Made by a program: the position numbers and the translations under genes | NCBI GenBank assembly: GCA_009995365.1 | Contig: JAACPR010000003.1 | Location: 405-64,404 of the forward strand | DNA length: 64,000 nucleotides | Origin: Candidatus Parcubacteria bacterium | Lineage (GTDB): Bacteria; Patescibacteriota; Minisyncoccia; Phycocordibacterales; JAACPR01 | Direction: 5' to 3' | Part shown: positions 19,701 through 28,967 of the stretch, piece after piece | Layout: each line of letters opens with the position of its first letter | How positions within the stretch are numbered: position 1 is the first letter of the stretch | The notes under the pieces: model-generated | What the model was told of the DNA's origin: nothing | Database searches by the model: none | The model's input: the letters and a program-made list of their open reading frames with translations, nothing else

Positions 19701-20234
19701 ATGTCACGCTTAGGTCAAAAACCAATACAAATACCAGAAAAGACTGAATTAAAGATTGAGGGTAATCTTGTTACAGCAAAAGGTCCATTAGGTGAACTAA
19801 AAGTTGAATTAGTTGATGGCTTTGAATTAAAACAAGAAGGTAATGAACTTACTATAAACCCAACAAAGAAAGGTATAGAATTTAATGCGCTTTGGGGAAC
19901 ATATGTTTCTTTGATTAAAAATGCTATCGAGGGTGTAAACCAAGAGTTTGAGAAAAAACTTATTATAGAAGGTGTTGGATATCGTGCAGCGGTCCAAGGT
20001 AATAAATTAGTATTAAATGTTGGTTTCTCTCACCAAGTTGAATTAGAAATATTAGAAGGTCTAAAAGTTGAAGTAGAAAAAGATACTATTTCTGTCAAAG
20101 GAATCGATAAGCAAAAAGTTGGTCACTTTGCTTCTGTGATCAGATCTACAAAGAAACCTGAACCTTACAAAGGAAAAGGAATTAGATATCACGATGAAAT
20201 TATTAGAAGAAAAGAAGGTAAAAAGACAGTATAG
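19701..20234 (+). CDS. rplF: 50S ribosomal protein L6
   Basis: MSRLGQKPI, GVGYRA and PEPYKGKGIRY; start set at ATG 19701. Confidence 0.97.
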   Translation: MSRLGQKPIQIPEKTELKIEGNLVTAKGPLGELKVELVDGFELKQEGNELTINPTKKGIEFNALWGTYVSLIKNAIEGVNQEFEKKLIIEGVGYRAAVQGNKLVLNVGFSHQVELEILEGLKVEVEKDTISVKGIDKQKVGHFASVIRSTKKPEPYKGKGIRYHDEIIRRKEGKKTV

Positions 20235-20247
20235 TAAATAATTTATT

Positions 20248-20592
20248 ATGTTTAAGAAAATGCTAGAAAAAAGAATAAGAAGACATGCTAGAATCAGATC
20301 AAAGGTTTCAGGAACTGCTGTAAAACCAAGATTTTCTGTTAGTAAATCTAACAAGAACTTGATTGCGCAATTGATTGATGATCAAAAAGCAGAAACTCTT
20401 GCTTATGTGTGGACTCAAAAAATGGATGGTAAAAGTCTGAGAGAAAAATCTATCGCAGCTGGAAAAGAAATTGCTAAACTTGCTGAAGCAAAGAAAATAA
20501 AAGAAGTTGCCTTTGACAGAGGAGGATTTATTTATACTGGAAACATAAAAGCTCTTGCGGACGCAGCTCGTGAAGCGGGGCTTAAATTTTAA
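20248..20592 (+). CDS. rplR: 50S ribosomal protein L18
   Basis: RRHARIR and FDRGGFIYTGNIKALADAAREAGLKF. Confidence 0.97.
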   Translation: MFKKMLEKRIRRHARIRSKVSGTAVKPRFSVSKSNKNLIAQLIDDQKAETLAYVWTQKMDGKSLREKSIAAGKEIAKLAEAKKIKEVAFDRGGFIYTGNIKALADAAREAGLKF

Positions 20593-20606
20593 TTTGAATA
20601 TTATTT

Positions 20607-21317
20607 ATGACTGATACAAAAGATACAAAAGAAAACAAAGTAGAAGAAACAAAAGTTGAAGAAGTAAAAACAACTGAAGCTGTTTCTGATGAAAAGAAAA
20701 CTCCAAAAGAATCTAACAAGAGAGAATTCACTAAAAACAGAAGACAACCAAGAAGAGGAAGAGGACAAAGAGGTCCAAGATCAGAATTCGAACAAAAAAT
20801 TCTAGATATTAGACGTGTTACTAGAGTTTCAAAGGGAGGTAGAAAATTTACTTTCTCAGTATCTATTGTTGTTGGTAACAAAAGAGGAAAGATTGGTATC
20901 GGAACAGGAAAAGCAGGAGACACTTCATTTGCAATTCAAAAAGCTGTAAAGGATGCAGAAAAGAATGCGATCCAAATCAAGATGACTAAAAATAGCTCAA
21001 TTCCACATGAGGTTTCAGCAAAATACAACAGTGCTAGAGTATTAATTATTCCAGCCAAAGGGCGTGGTGTTATTGCTGGATCTGCTCTTCGTGATATTAT
21101 CGAACTTGGTGGATTGAAAGATATTAATGGCAAGATTATTTCAGGTTCAAAAAACAAACTTAATATTGCCAAAGCAACAATGAAAGCATTCGCTGAAATT
21201 GATAAAACAGTCAAAGAAGACGACAAGAGCTTGAAAGAAATTAGAAAAGAAACAAAGAAAGTCTTCTCAGAAAGAGGTAGAGATTCTAGACGAAATAATT
21301 ACAGTAATAGAAAATAA
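20607..21317 (+). CDS. rpsE: 30S ribosomal protein S5 with N- and C-terminal extensions
   Basis: RRVTRVSKGGRKF and PAKGRGVIAG. Confidence 0.97.
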   Translation: MTDTKDTKENKVEETKVEEVKTTEAVSDEKKTPKESNKREFTKNRRQPRRGRGQRGPRSEFEQKILDIRRVTRVSKGGRKFTFSVSIVVGNKRGKIGIGTGKAGDTSFAIQKAVKDAEKNAIQIKMTKNSSIPHEVSAKYNSARVLIIPAKGRGVIAGSALRDIIELGGLKDINGKIISGSKNKLNIAKATMKAFAEIDKTVKEDDKSLKEIRKETKKVFSERGRDSRRNNYSNRK

Positions 21318-21334
21318 TTTTTAATAAAAGTATT

Positions 21335-21775
21335 ATGCAGTATCATCAAGTAAAAAGAAAAACAAAGAGAATAAAAAGCGTCCAAGTAGGTCGTGGTGGA
21401 AAGCGTGGTAAAACTTCTGGTAGAGGACACAAAGGGCAAAAAGCTCGCGCAGGTACTAGAATTCGCCCAGAGTTTCGTGATGTAATTAAATCTGTACCAA
21501 AACTTCGTGGTAGAGGTGTTAATTACAACAAACCAACTAAGGCAAGCGCAAAAACAGTAGCTCTTGGTGATTTGAACGATCTATTCAAAAAAGGTGATAA
21601 AATAACACCAAATGTTCTATTTGAAAAAGGTTTAGTTAGAAAAGTTAGTGGTAAAATGCCAAAAATCAAGATTGTTTTAGTGGGTGAAATTAAAATCCCA
21701 CTTGTATTTAGAAACTGTCTATTTTCAGAAACTGCTAAAAAAGCAGTAATCGAAGCAGGAGGAGAAATTAAATAA
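21335..21775 (+). CDS. rplO: 50S ribosomal protein L15
   Basis: GRGGKRGKTSGRGHKGQKAR. Confidence 0.96.
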   Translation: MQYHQVKRKTKRIKSVQVGRGGKRGKTSGRGHKGQKARAGTRIRPEFRDVIKSVPKLRGRGVNYNKPTKASAKTVALGDLNDLFKKGDKITPNVLFEKGLVRKVSGKMPKIKIVLVGEIKIPLVFRNCLFSETAKKAVIEAGGEIK

Positions 21776-21777
21776 TT

Positions 21778-23052
21778 ATGATAAAGGAATTTTTTGCAAA
21801 AATTAAATTAATCTACAAAGATAAAAATCTTTTTAGAAAGATATTATTCGTTCTGGCGGCTTTGCTAGTATTTAGATTTATGGCAAATATTCCTATTCCA
21901 GGAGTTGACCACGCTGCACTTAGCAATTTTTTAAATAATAACCAATTCTTTGGGCTTATCAACATTTTCTCTGGCGGTGGGCTATCTAGTCTATCTATTG
22001 TGATGCTTGGTGTTGGACCTTATATTACGGCGTCAATTATTATGCAACTTATGACAATGATGTCTGAAAAGCTAAAAGCTCTCTATCATGAAGAGGGTGG
22101 TGCTGGTCGTAAAAAGTTCATGCAATACTCTCGTCTATTAACTGTGCCTTTGGCTACAATCCAAGGTTTCGGTTTCTTACTGTTGCTTCAACAGCAAGGA
22201 GTTCTACCCGGTTTTTCAAGTTTTGAGTTGATAACAAATATAATAATCATTACTGCCGGTTCAGTTCTATTGATGTGGATTGGTGAATTAATTTCAGAAT
22301 TCGGTATTGGTAATGGTGTTTCTTTGATAATCTTCGCTGGTATCGTCGCTAGTCTTCCTGGTTCAATTCAACAAGCTATTTTCACTTATGATCCATCAAT
22401 GATTCCTACATATATTGCATTTGCAGTTATGGGTATAATTATCTTGCTTGGAGTTGTAACAATTACAGAGGCCGAAAGACCTGTCCCTGTAACTTATGCA
22501 AAACAACAGAGAGGAAATTCTTCAACAAAAGGAGTTTCTACATACATTCCACTTCGTCTAAATATGTCAGGTGTTATGCCGATTATTTTCGGTCTTTCTA
22601 TTTTGTTGTTGCCACAAATGTTATTTCAGTTTTTAGGTACAATCGATAATGCGACTATTCAATCAGTCTCAGTTAGTGTTAATGCTTTTCTAGCTAATCA
22701 ACTATATTACGGAATAACTTATTTCCTACTAGTATTCCTGTTTACATATTTCTACACTGCAGTCACTTTTGATCCAGATTCAATGGCTAAAAACCTCCAA
22801 AAGAGTGGTGCTTTCGTTCCAGGTGTTAGACCAGGAGAACCAACCGCAAAACATATCGGGAACATTTTATCTCGTATCACTCTGGTGGGTGCTTTATTCC
22901 TTGGTATTATTGCTGTTTTGCCGGTCATCGTAACAAGCCTTTCAGGTCTCTCTTCACTTACTATCGGTGGAACTGCTCTATTGATTGCCGTTTCTGTTGT
23001 TATTGATTTGATCAAGAAAGTTGATTCTCAGATTTCAATGAGGGAATACTAA
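21778..23052 (+). CDS. secY: Preprotein translocase SecY
   Basis: LGVGPYITASIIMQL, GIGNGVSLIIF, PGVRPG and GGTALLIAV. Confidence 0.98.
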   Translation: MIKEFFAKIKLIYKDKNLFRKILFVLAALLVFRFMANIPIPGVDHAALSNFLNNNQFFGLINIFSGGGLSSLSIVMLGVGPYITASIIMQLMTMMSEKLKALYHEEGGAGRKKFMQYSRLLTVPLATIQGFGFLLLLQQQGVLPGFSSFELITNIIIITAGSVLLMWIGELISEFGIGNGVSLIIFAGIVASLPGSIQQAIFTYDPSMIPTYIAFAVMGIIILLGVVTITEAERPVPVTYAKQQRGNSSTKGVSTYIPLRLNMSGVMPIIFGLSILLLPQMLFQFLGTIDNATIQSVSVSVNAFLANQLYYGITYFLLVFLFTYFYTAVTFDPDSMAKNLQKSGAFVPGVRPGEPTAKHIGNILSRITLVGALFLGIIAVLPVIVTSLSGLSSLTIGGTALLIAVSVVIDLIKKVDSQISMREY

Positions 23053-23055
23053 GGT

Positions 23056-23174
23056 CATAAAAACCACACAACCACTATCGAGTTCCTCCGCAGACCTGCG
23101 GTGTCAATGGCTTTACGCCTTGACGCAAGCAGTGTCGAGGACGGGAACGAGAGAGAGGTTGTGTGGTTTTTGTG
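23056..23174 (+). ncRNA. Structured repeat element, copy 2
   Basis: A 15-bp perfect outer stem (aaaaaccacacaacc/ggttgtgtggttttt) around the same 82-nt core as 9890-9971. Confidence 0.7.
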
Positions 23175-23223
23175 TTTATAGCTTTTCTATCTTCACCAAA
23201 TTCTGATAGAATAATAATAAACC

Positions 23224-23628
23224 ATGGTAAAATTAGAACTTAAAAAAGTCGTACCTTTCATTGTAGTAATTCTGGTTATTATAATACTCACTTTCTATTT
23301 TTTAAATACAAAACAACAAGAACAGCAAAAAAATATTGATTTAATTGTACCAAACGGTGTTATTCCAGATTATATAAATGTTTTTTATACTAATGGTGGT
23401 TTCCACACATCAAATTTAAAGATTAATAAACAAAAGATTGTCTTTAGAAATATGTCTGATTATGCGATTATTCTAAAAGAAGTTTCAGATAATTTTTGAG
23501 AGGGAACTAGAGTAGAATCTGGGAGTCATTTTCTGTATGAATTCGAAGGTGAAGGTAGCTATATCATCGAAGAACAAAAGTCTGGGCTTAAGTTAGATGT
23601 TTCTATAAATAACATAGATTATGAATAA
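23224..23628 (+). pseudogene. Membrane-anchored cupredoxin-like protein interrupted by an in-frame TGA at 23497
   Basis: The frame continues after the TGA (EGTRVESGSHFLYEFEGEGSY...) for 42 codons to TAA 23628, overlapping the next start. Confidence 0.55.
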
Positions 23629-26600
23629 GATTAAAAATAATAGAAAAATAGTTGGTCCGCTGCTACTATTGTTTTTTTTAGTCGGCTCAGTTTTTGGGTA
23701 TCGGGTTGTGTTAGCGGCTATTGATATTGTAGATGAATGGGGAGAAACAATTGTTCGTGATCCAAGATATGTTGGTAGTGACACTGTATATAGTGAAAGT
23801 GCTAGTGCTAATAAAATAAGTGGAGGAGCTTGTAAAATTGATTATAATAGTAGTAGTTCTTGGAGAGATAATCGTGATTTGTCTGGTCGGGCTGAAATTT
23901 TGTCAAGGGAAATTTCTAATAGTGGTTGGGGTTTAGTTTGTGATTCTTCTGGTAGTGATAATGTTTGGGCCGATATACTTGCTTGTGGCAGTTACACGAA
24001 ATCAGGATTTTATTACCAACTTAGTCAAAGACTTCACGTTGACTTAGGTGCAGGATATACAGGTGATGAGGGTATGAGTTTAAGAATTAACCAAAATCAT
24101 GATAGCACTAATAGTGGTAGAGATGTTTTAATCAAATCTGATGAAGATGCTTTTGTTTTTGAACTTGAAAATTACCATTCTAATCCTGATGAAATAAAAA
24201 GAGTAGAGATATATGTTAATGATGTATATTTAAAAACTTTATTTCCTGATCCTGCGACGTCTGTTGGTTTAAAATTGAGTAAAATTGAATTATTAAATAT
24301 AGAGTTATATGATAGTTATAGTGGTTTCGATAGATTGGATGTTAGAATCAATGCTTATGGAGAAAATTCATCTTATTCTATAGCTGAACAAGTGGTAATT
24401 GAACCAAATATTAATTATATACCAGAAGGGATAGATATAACTGTTTATGGTAATTCTTATAAAAAGCAACCATATTCTTTTATTGTAAATTCAATAAATC
24501 AACCTATATATATAAATGATAAGTACATTGATCCAGCAAAAACTCCTATAGAAATTAAGGCATCAGGGGATATCTTGAGAGGAAATGGTTGGTTTGTTAA
24601 ATTTGATGAAAATACAATTTTTGATGATTTTATAGCTGTTGATGGAACTGGAGCTGATTATGATGTTTGGAAGAGTGATGTTTTTTATGATGAAGAAGAA
24701 GATATAAATGGCGGTATATTAAGGGCTCCAAGCGGTGTCACACTTAGTTTAGAATCGGTCAGATTAGATGGTGTCGAAATTGATAGTAGTCGTTATTATT
24801 TAGGTGGTACATATAGTAATAATCTCATGTTAATAAATCAAGATCTAGAATCTGGACCCAGAAGGTTAGAATATGATTACAGCTATGTTTATAACGGGTA
24901 TACATATGAAAGAAATAATACTACGGATTTTCTTATTGTTAAAAATGATTTAAATAAAATTCGTAGTAGTTTTTGGAATGATAATAAATTTTATTTAGAA
25001 ATAGATTTTAAAAACTTTTCAGAAGAAGATGCACCCCTTATTGAGTATGAAACTTCATGGGGTGAATCAGGTTCTTATTTTTGGGGAAAGGAATCTTATA
25101 CTAACGGTGAATATAATCAGGGTATGAGATTTAATGAATTGTTAGATAATTTATTAAATGATTCAACAACAAGGTGGGAGCTTGTTCGTGACGGTGTAGT
25201 CGAAGATCCTAATAAACCATATTATTCCTCTGGGTGGGTTCCTAAATGGGCACCTTCTGATGAAGGAGGGTACGCCATACCGTATGATGGTGATATTGAT
25301 ATAAGAGTAACTTTTTTTGATGGTCAAGTTCTTAACAAAAATGTAAAAATCAGTGATATTGTTAGTGTTTCAAAGATTCAAGATATAGAAGGTGTTGGTA
25401 CTTATTTCAAGATAAAAAATTCAGAAGAATATAGTTTCGTTAATAAATGGAGAGCTTCTCAAGACTCTTCTGATAGTTATTTTAATGTTTCTTCTAGACA
25501 AATTATTAGTAGTACAGATGAAGGTGGTGACTATCATTGGAGTATTGAAAATTCAGTTGGTAATTATAAACTACTTGGTAATAATCAGTATGGAATATTA
25601 GAGCAACCGGATTATCAATTTGATTATTATTCTGATGCCGGAGGTTATGATTCTCTAGGTAGAGACCAATATAAAGTCAATAGAACTAGATTTGATAACC
25701 CAATAGGAAGCTTAAATAGAAGTTATGGTTATAATATTGTAAATATACCTTTTAATGTCCCTTACTATTATTTGCATGATCCATACTCTGATGAGATAAG
25801 AGGTATAAATCCTTCTTGTGTTGATTATACAGATCCAGAACCAATACCACCAGATGATCCACTGGAACCTCCAGTTTATCCACCAACAGAACCACCACCA
25901 CCAAAACCAGAAAATTTTGTTCTAGACGCAGCAGCGATGTCCAATGATGGTTGTTATTACCAAGAAGAACCATATAATGTTGAATTAGTCTGGGGTAATG
26001 TTGATACTGCGTCAGGTTATTCGGTATACATTGATTACGATAACAATGGTTTATTTGAAGATTCAGAAAAAATAGCTGATCCTGCACAAAATTCAACTAC
26101 AACAAATCCTCATAATCTAAAAGAAGCACCCAATTTTGCAGAAGGTAATACTTATACTTATCAAGTAAAAGCTTGGTATGAATTTGACGGTCAGCTCAGA
26201 AGTTATACAGCAGAAGATTCTGTAACAGTTCCTGCTGAATGTGTGGTCTTGGAACCTTTATCATGTGGGACATTAACCGAAACATCAAATAGGCCATCAG
26301 AATCTAATACAAATCTATGTTCTGTCGATGCTAATGTTGTATCTTCAAGTATAGTTGAGACCTATGATAATCTTGGGTGGTCATGGCAGTGTTCACAAGA
26401 TTCTAATACTGTCCCTTGTACTGCCTATTGTCCTTATGAAAAACGCGTATGTGGTGATGTTTGTATATCTGATGATCAACCCTGTGGTAACGAATGTCCA
26501 GATGATAGATGGTTATGTGGTTCCGAGTGTATTCCGTTAAATCAACCTTGTGGTCTTAGCTGTGAAGAACCATATGTGTTAAGTCCGGATGAGACTGAAT

Positions 26601-26944
26601 GTATTATTAGTGACAATAGCGATGTTACCATAAGTGTTTTTAATTCAAACCCAAGACTGATTAATGAAGGTGAAAATTGTAAATTAGATTGGCTTATTAC
26701 AACAGAGAATACTAATTTAATAGATTGTGAAATTACTTCTGATAATAATCAATCTCAATCTTTAGGTCTTACACCAAACACTAGTGGTACTATAGCGAGC
26801 TACAATATTTTTGAAAATGTTAACTCTCAAACAAATTACACTTTGACTTGTAGGGCTTATAATCCAGATACTGGTGCTATGGGTTCTATTATAGACTCAA
26901 AACAAACAAGATGTATGATAAATCCTTATTACATTGAATTTTAA
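23621..26944 (+). CDS. Large secreted/surface protein (signal peptide, Pro-rich linker, FN3-like region, Cys-rich C-terminal repeats)
   Basis: N-terminal hydrophobic stretch, PEPIPPDDPLEPPVYPPTEPPPPKP, YTYQVKAW and tandem CPxxxxxCGxxCI motifs. Confidence 0.75.
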   Translation: MNKIKNNRKIVGPLLLLFFLVGSVFGYRVVLAAIDIVDEWGETIVRDPRYVGSDTVYSESASANKISGGACKIDYNSSSSWRDNRDLSGRAEILSREISNSGWGLVCDSSGSDNVWADILACGSYTKSGFYYQLSQRLHVDLGAGYTGDEGMSLRINQNHDSTNSGRDVLIKSDEDAFVFELENYHSNPDEIKRVEIYVNDVYLKTLFPDPATSVGLKLSKIELLNIELYDSYSGFDRLDVRINAYGENSSYSIAEQVVIEPNINYIPEGIDITVYGNSYKKQPYSFIVNSINQPIYINDKYIDPAKTPIEIKASGDILRGNGWFVKFDENTIFDDFIAVDGTGADYDVWKSDVFYDEEEDINGGILRAPSGVTLSLESVRLDGVEIDSSRYYLGGTYSNNLMLINQDLESGPRRLEYDYSYVYNGYTYERNNTTDFLIVKNDLNKIRSSFWNDNKFYLEIDFKNFSEEDAPLIEYETSWGESGSYFWGKESYTNGEYNQGMRFNELLDNLLNDSTTRWELVRDGVVEDPNKPYYSSGWVPKWAPSDEGGYAIPYDGDIDIRVTFFDGQVLNKNVKISDIVSVSKIQDIEGVGTYFKIKNSEEYSFVNKWRASQDSSDSYFNVSSRQIISSTDEGGDYHWSIENSVGNYKLLGNNQYGILEQPDYQFDYYSDAGGYDSLGRDQYKVNRTRFDNPIGSLNRSYGYNIVNIPFNVPYYYLHDPYSDEIRGINPSCVDYTDPEPIPPDDPLEPPVYPPTEPPPPKPENFVLDAAAMSNDGCYYQEEPYNVELVWGNVDTASGYSVYIDYDNNGLFEDSEKIADPAQNSTTTNPHNLKEAPNFAEGNTYTYQVKAWYEFDGQLRSYTAEDSVTVPAECVVLEPLSCGTLTETSNRPSESNTNLCSVDANVVSSSIVETYDNLGWSWQCSQDSNTVPCTAYCPYEKRVCGDVCISDDQPCGNECPDDRWLCGSECIPLNQPCGLSCEEPYVLSPDETECIISDNSDVTISVFNSNPRLINEGENCKLDWLITTENTNLIDCEITSDNNQSQSLGLTPNTSGTIASYNIFENVNSQTNYTLTCRAYNPDTGAMGSIIDSKQTRCMINPYYIEF

Positions 26945-27110
26945 AAAAATATTTTTCCACAGTATAAAAGCTTATTATAAATTTAAACTGTTATAATAAA
27001 GGACATAAAAGGACATGTTTAAATTTATTAAAACAATTTTATTATTTTCATTTTTAATATTTGTCCTTTTCTCTATCTCTGTTGTTTCAGCTAGTGGCTC
27101 GTTTTAAATT

Positions 27111-27701
27111 ATGAATAACCAAGCATACATTTTTATAGGTAGATCTGCTAGTGGTAAAGGAACGCAGGTCAATAAAATGATTGATTTTTTAAAACAAAAA
27201 GGTGAATCAGACTTTTTTCATTTAGAAGCCGGAAATAGTTTTAGAGATTTTATTTCAGGAGATGGGTATTCAGAAAAAATTGCCAGAGAAATTTCTGAGA
27301 AAGGTGAATTACAACCTGAATTTCTATCTGTATGGGCATGGGGGAATGAAATGGTAACAAAATTTAAAGGGAATAAATTTATTTTTATAGATGGCACACC
27401 CAGAAGAGTGATAGAAGCCAAAATATTAGAGTCAGCACTTGATTTTTACGGTTTAGATAATATTAATGTTATTTATATAAAAACTTCTAGGCAATGTTCA
27501 ATTGACAGAATGAAAGAGCGAAAAAGAGATGACGATGTTAAAGAGGAAAGCATTCAAGAAAGAATGAATTGGTTTGAAAAAGAAGTTTCAGAAGTTATCG
27601 ATTATTATAGGTCTCACAAGAATCATAATTTTATTGAAATAGATGGCGAACAATCAATAGAAAAAGTTCATCAAGATATCATCAATGTGCTAGATTTTTA
27701 G
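27111..27701 (+). CDS. adk: Adenylate kinase family NMP kinase (short LID)
   Basis: GRSASGKGTQ P-loop and IDGTPR; lies before map. Confidence 0.85.
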   Translation: MNNQAYIFIGRSASGKGTQVNKMIDFLKQKGESDFFHLEAGNSFRDFISGDGYSEKIAREISEKGELQPEFLSVWAWGNEMVTKFKGNKFIFIDGTPRRVIEAKILESALDFYGLDNINVIYIKTSRQCSIDRMKERKRDDDVKEESIQERMNWFEKEVSEVIDYYRSHKNHNFIEIDGEQSIEKVHQDIINVLDF

Positions 27702-27725
27702 TTATTTTTAAGTTAAATTTAATTA

Positions 27726-28517
27726 GTGATAAAACTAAAAACAAAAGAAGAAATAGAAAATTTAAAAAGAGGAGGTCAAAAATTAGCTACTATTGTTGAT
27801 GAAGTCGCGCAAAACATCAAACCGGGTATTTCTACTCTGGAATTAGATGATATTGCTGGAAAACTTTTTGAATTACACGGCGTTAGATCTTCTTTCAAGG
27901 GTTATACTCCTGTTGGTGCCGATAGGCCTTATCCGGCAAATATTTGTATTTCAATGAATAATGAAATAGTTCACGGGATACCAAATGAAGAACCTAAAAT
28001 GTTAAAGGCTGGCGATCTAATTACTATTGATGCTGGGTTAATTTATGAAGGTCTTTATACTGATCATGCTAGAACTTTTATTGTCAAATCAAATGACGGT
28101 CAGGAAATAGAAATACCAAAAGAAGTCAAAAAATTGTTAGCTAAAACTGAAGAGGCGATGTATGCCGGAATTAAACAAGCAAAAGTTGGAAATAGAATAG
28201 GAGATATCGGAGCTGTGATTTCTGAAATTGCAAAAGACGCAGGACTTTTCGTAATAAAAGATCTAACTGGGCACGGTGTTGGTTATGGTGTTCACGAGGA
28301 TCCTTTTGTCCCTAATTGGGGTAATAAAGGTGAAGGAGAGTTAATAGAAGAAGGACTAGTTATTGCAATTGAACCAATGTTTTCTTTGGGGACCTCTTAT
28401 ATAAAAACTGCTAACGACGGGTATACTTATTTAACGGATGATGATTCGCTGTCTGCACAATTTGAACATACAATTGCTGTCACCGCAGACGGGCCTATAA
28501 TATTGACTAAAAAATAG
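27726..28517 (+). CDS. map: Methionine aminopeptidase type I
   Basis: VHGIP, GHGVG..VHEDP, AIEPM and SAQFEHT. Confidence 0.97.
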   Translation: MIKLKTKEEIENLKRGGQKLATIVDEVAQNIKPGISTLELDDIAGKLFELHGVRSSFKGYTPVGADRPYPANICISMNNEIVHGIPNEEPKMLKAGDLITIDAGLIYEGLYTDHARTFIVKSNDGQEIEIPKEVKKLLAKTEEAMYAGIKQAKVGNRIGDIGAVISEIAKDAGLFVIKDLTGHGVGYGVHEDPFVPNWGNKGEGELIEEGLVIAIEPMFSLGTSYIKTANDGYTYLTDDDSLSAQFEHTIAVTADGPIILTKK

Positions 28518-28554
28518 TTTTTCTAAAACATATTAAAACTGTTATAATTGCTAC

Positions 28555-28956
28555 ATGGAAAAAACACCCCAAGAAAATTTTGAATACAATAATCAAAATT
28601 CTGAAAAACAGGATGAAGAAAATTTTGTTCGTGTAACGCCAGAAAATTCTGATATTCCTATCGATAAAGAAGGTTTGTCTCAAAAAGTTTCAGAAGAGGA
28701 GATAGACGTTTCTCCGGAGGCTTTGTATAAGTTAAAAATAGAATTTATCAAGCAGACTCTTTCTGAAAAAATAGTTAGTGTAAATGTGGTTAGGGAAATA
28801 CAGAATTTTGCTATTGGTTTAAAAGAAAAATATGGACCAAGTGTTTACGATAAGGGTCTATATCATGTCTTGATTGGTGGGTCGCTGGAAGGAGACGAAG
28901 ACTTTGAAGATTTCGAAGGAGGAGATTCTATCGTTAAATTTGTTAAAGAACTTTAA
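28555..28956 (+). CDS. Hypothetical acidic protein
   Basis: 133-aa ORF, with TGtTATAAT just upstream. Confidence 0.65.
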   Translation: MEKTPQENFEYNNQNSEKQDEENFVRVTPENSDIPIDKEGLSQKVSEEEIDVSPEALYKLKIEFIKQTLSEKIVSVNVVREIQNFAIGLKEKYGPSVYDKGLYHVLIGGSLEGDEDFEDFEGGDSIVKFVKEL

Positions 28957-28967
28957 ATAAAATAAAA

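Noticed and set aside
23497-23499. Genetic code 25 (UGA=Gly) as the explanation for the internal TGA
   Set aside because: All long Gly-rich core genes are intact under code 11, and TGA serves as a stop elsewhere (36527, 47034, 56829).
27016-27108. Short signal-peptide-like frame before adk
   Set aside because: Under 30 codons and apparently frameshifted. It may be a gene remnant but cannot be supported as a feature.
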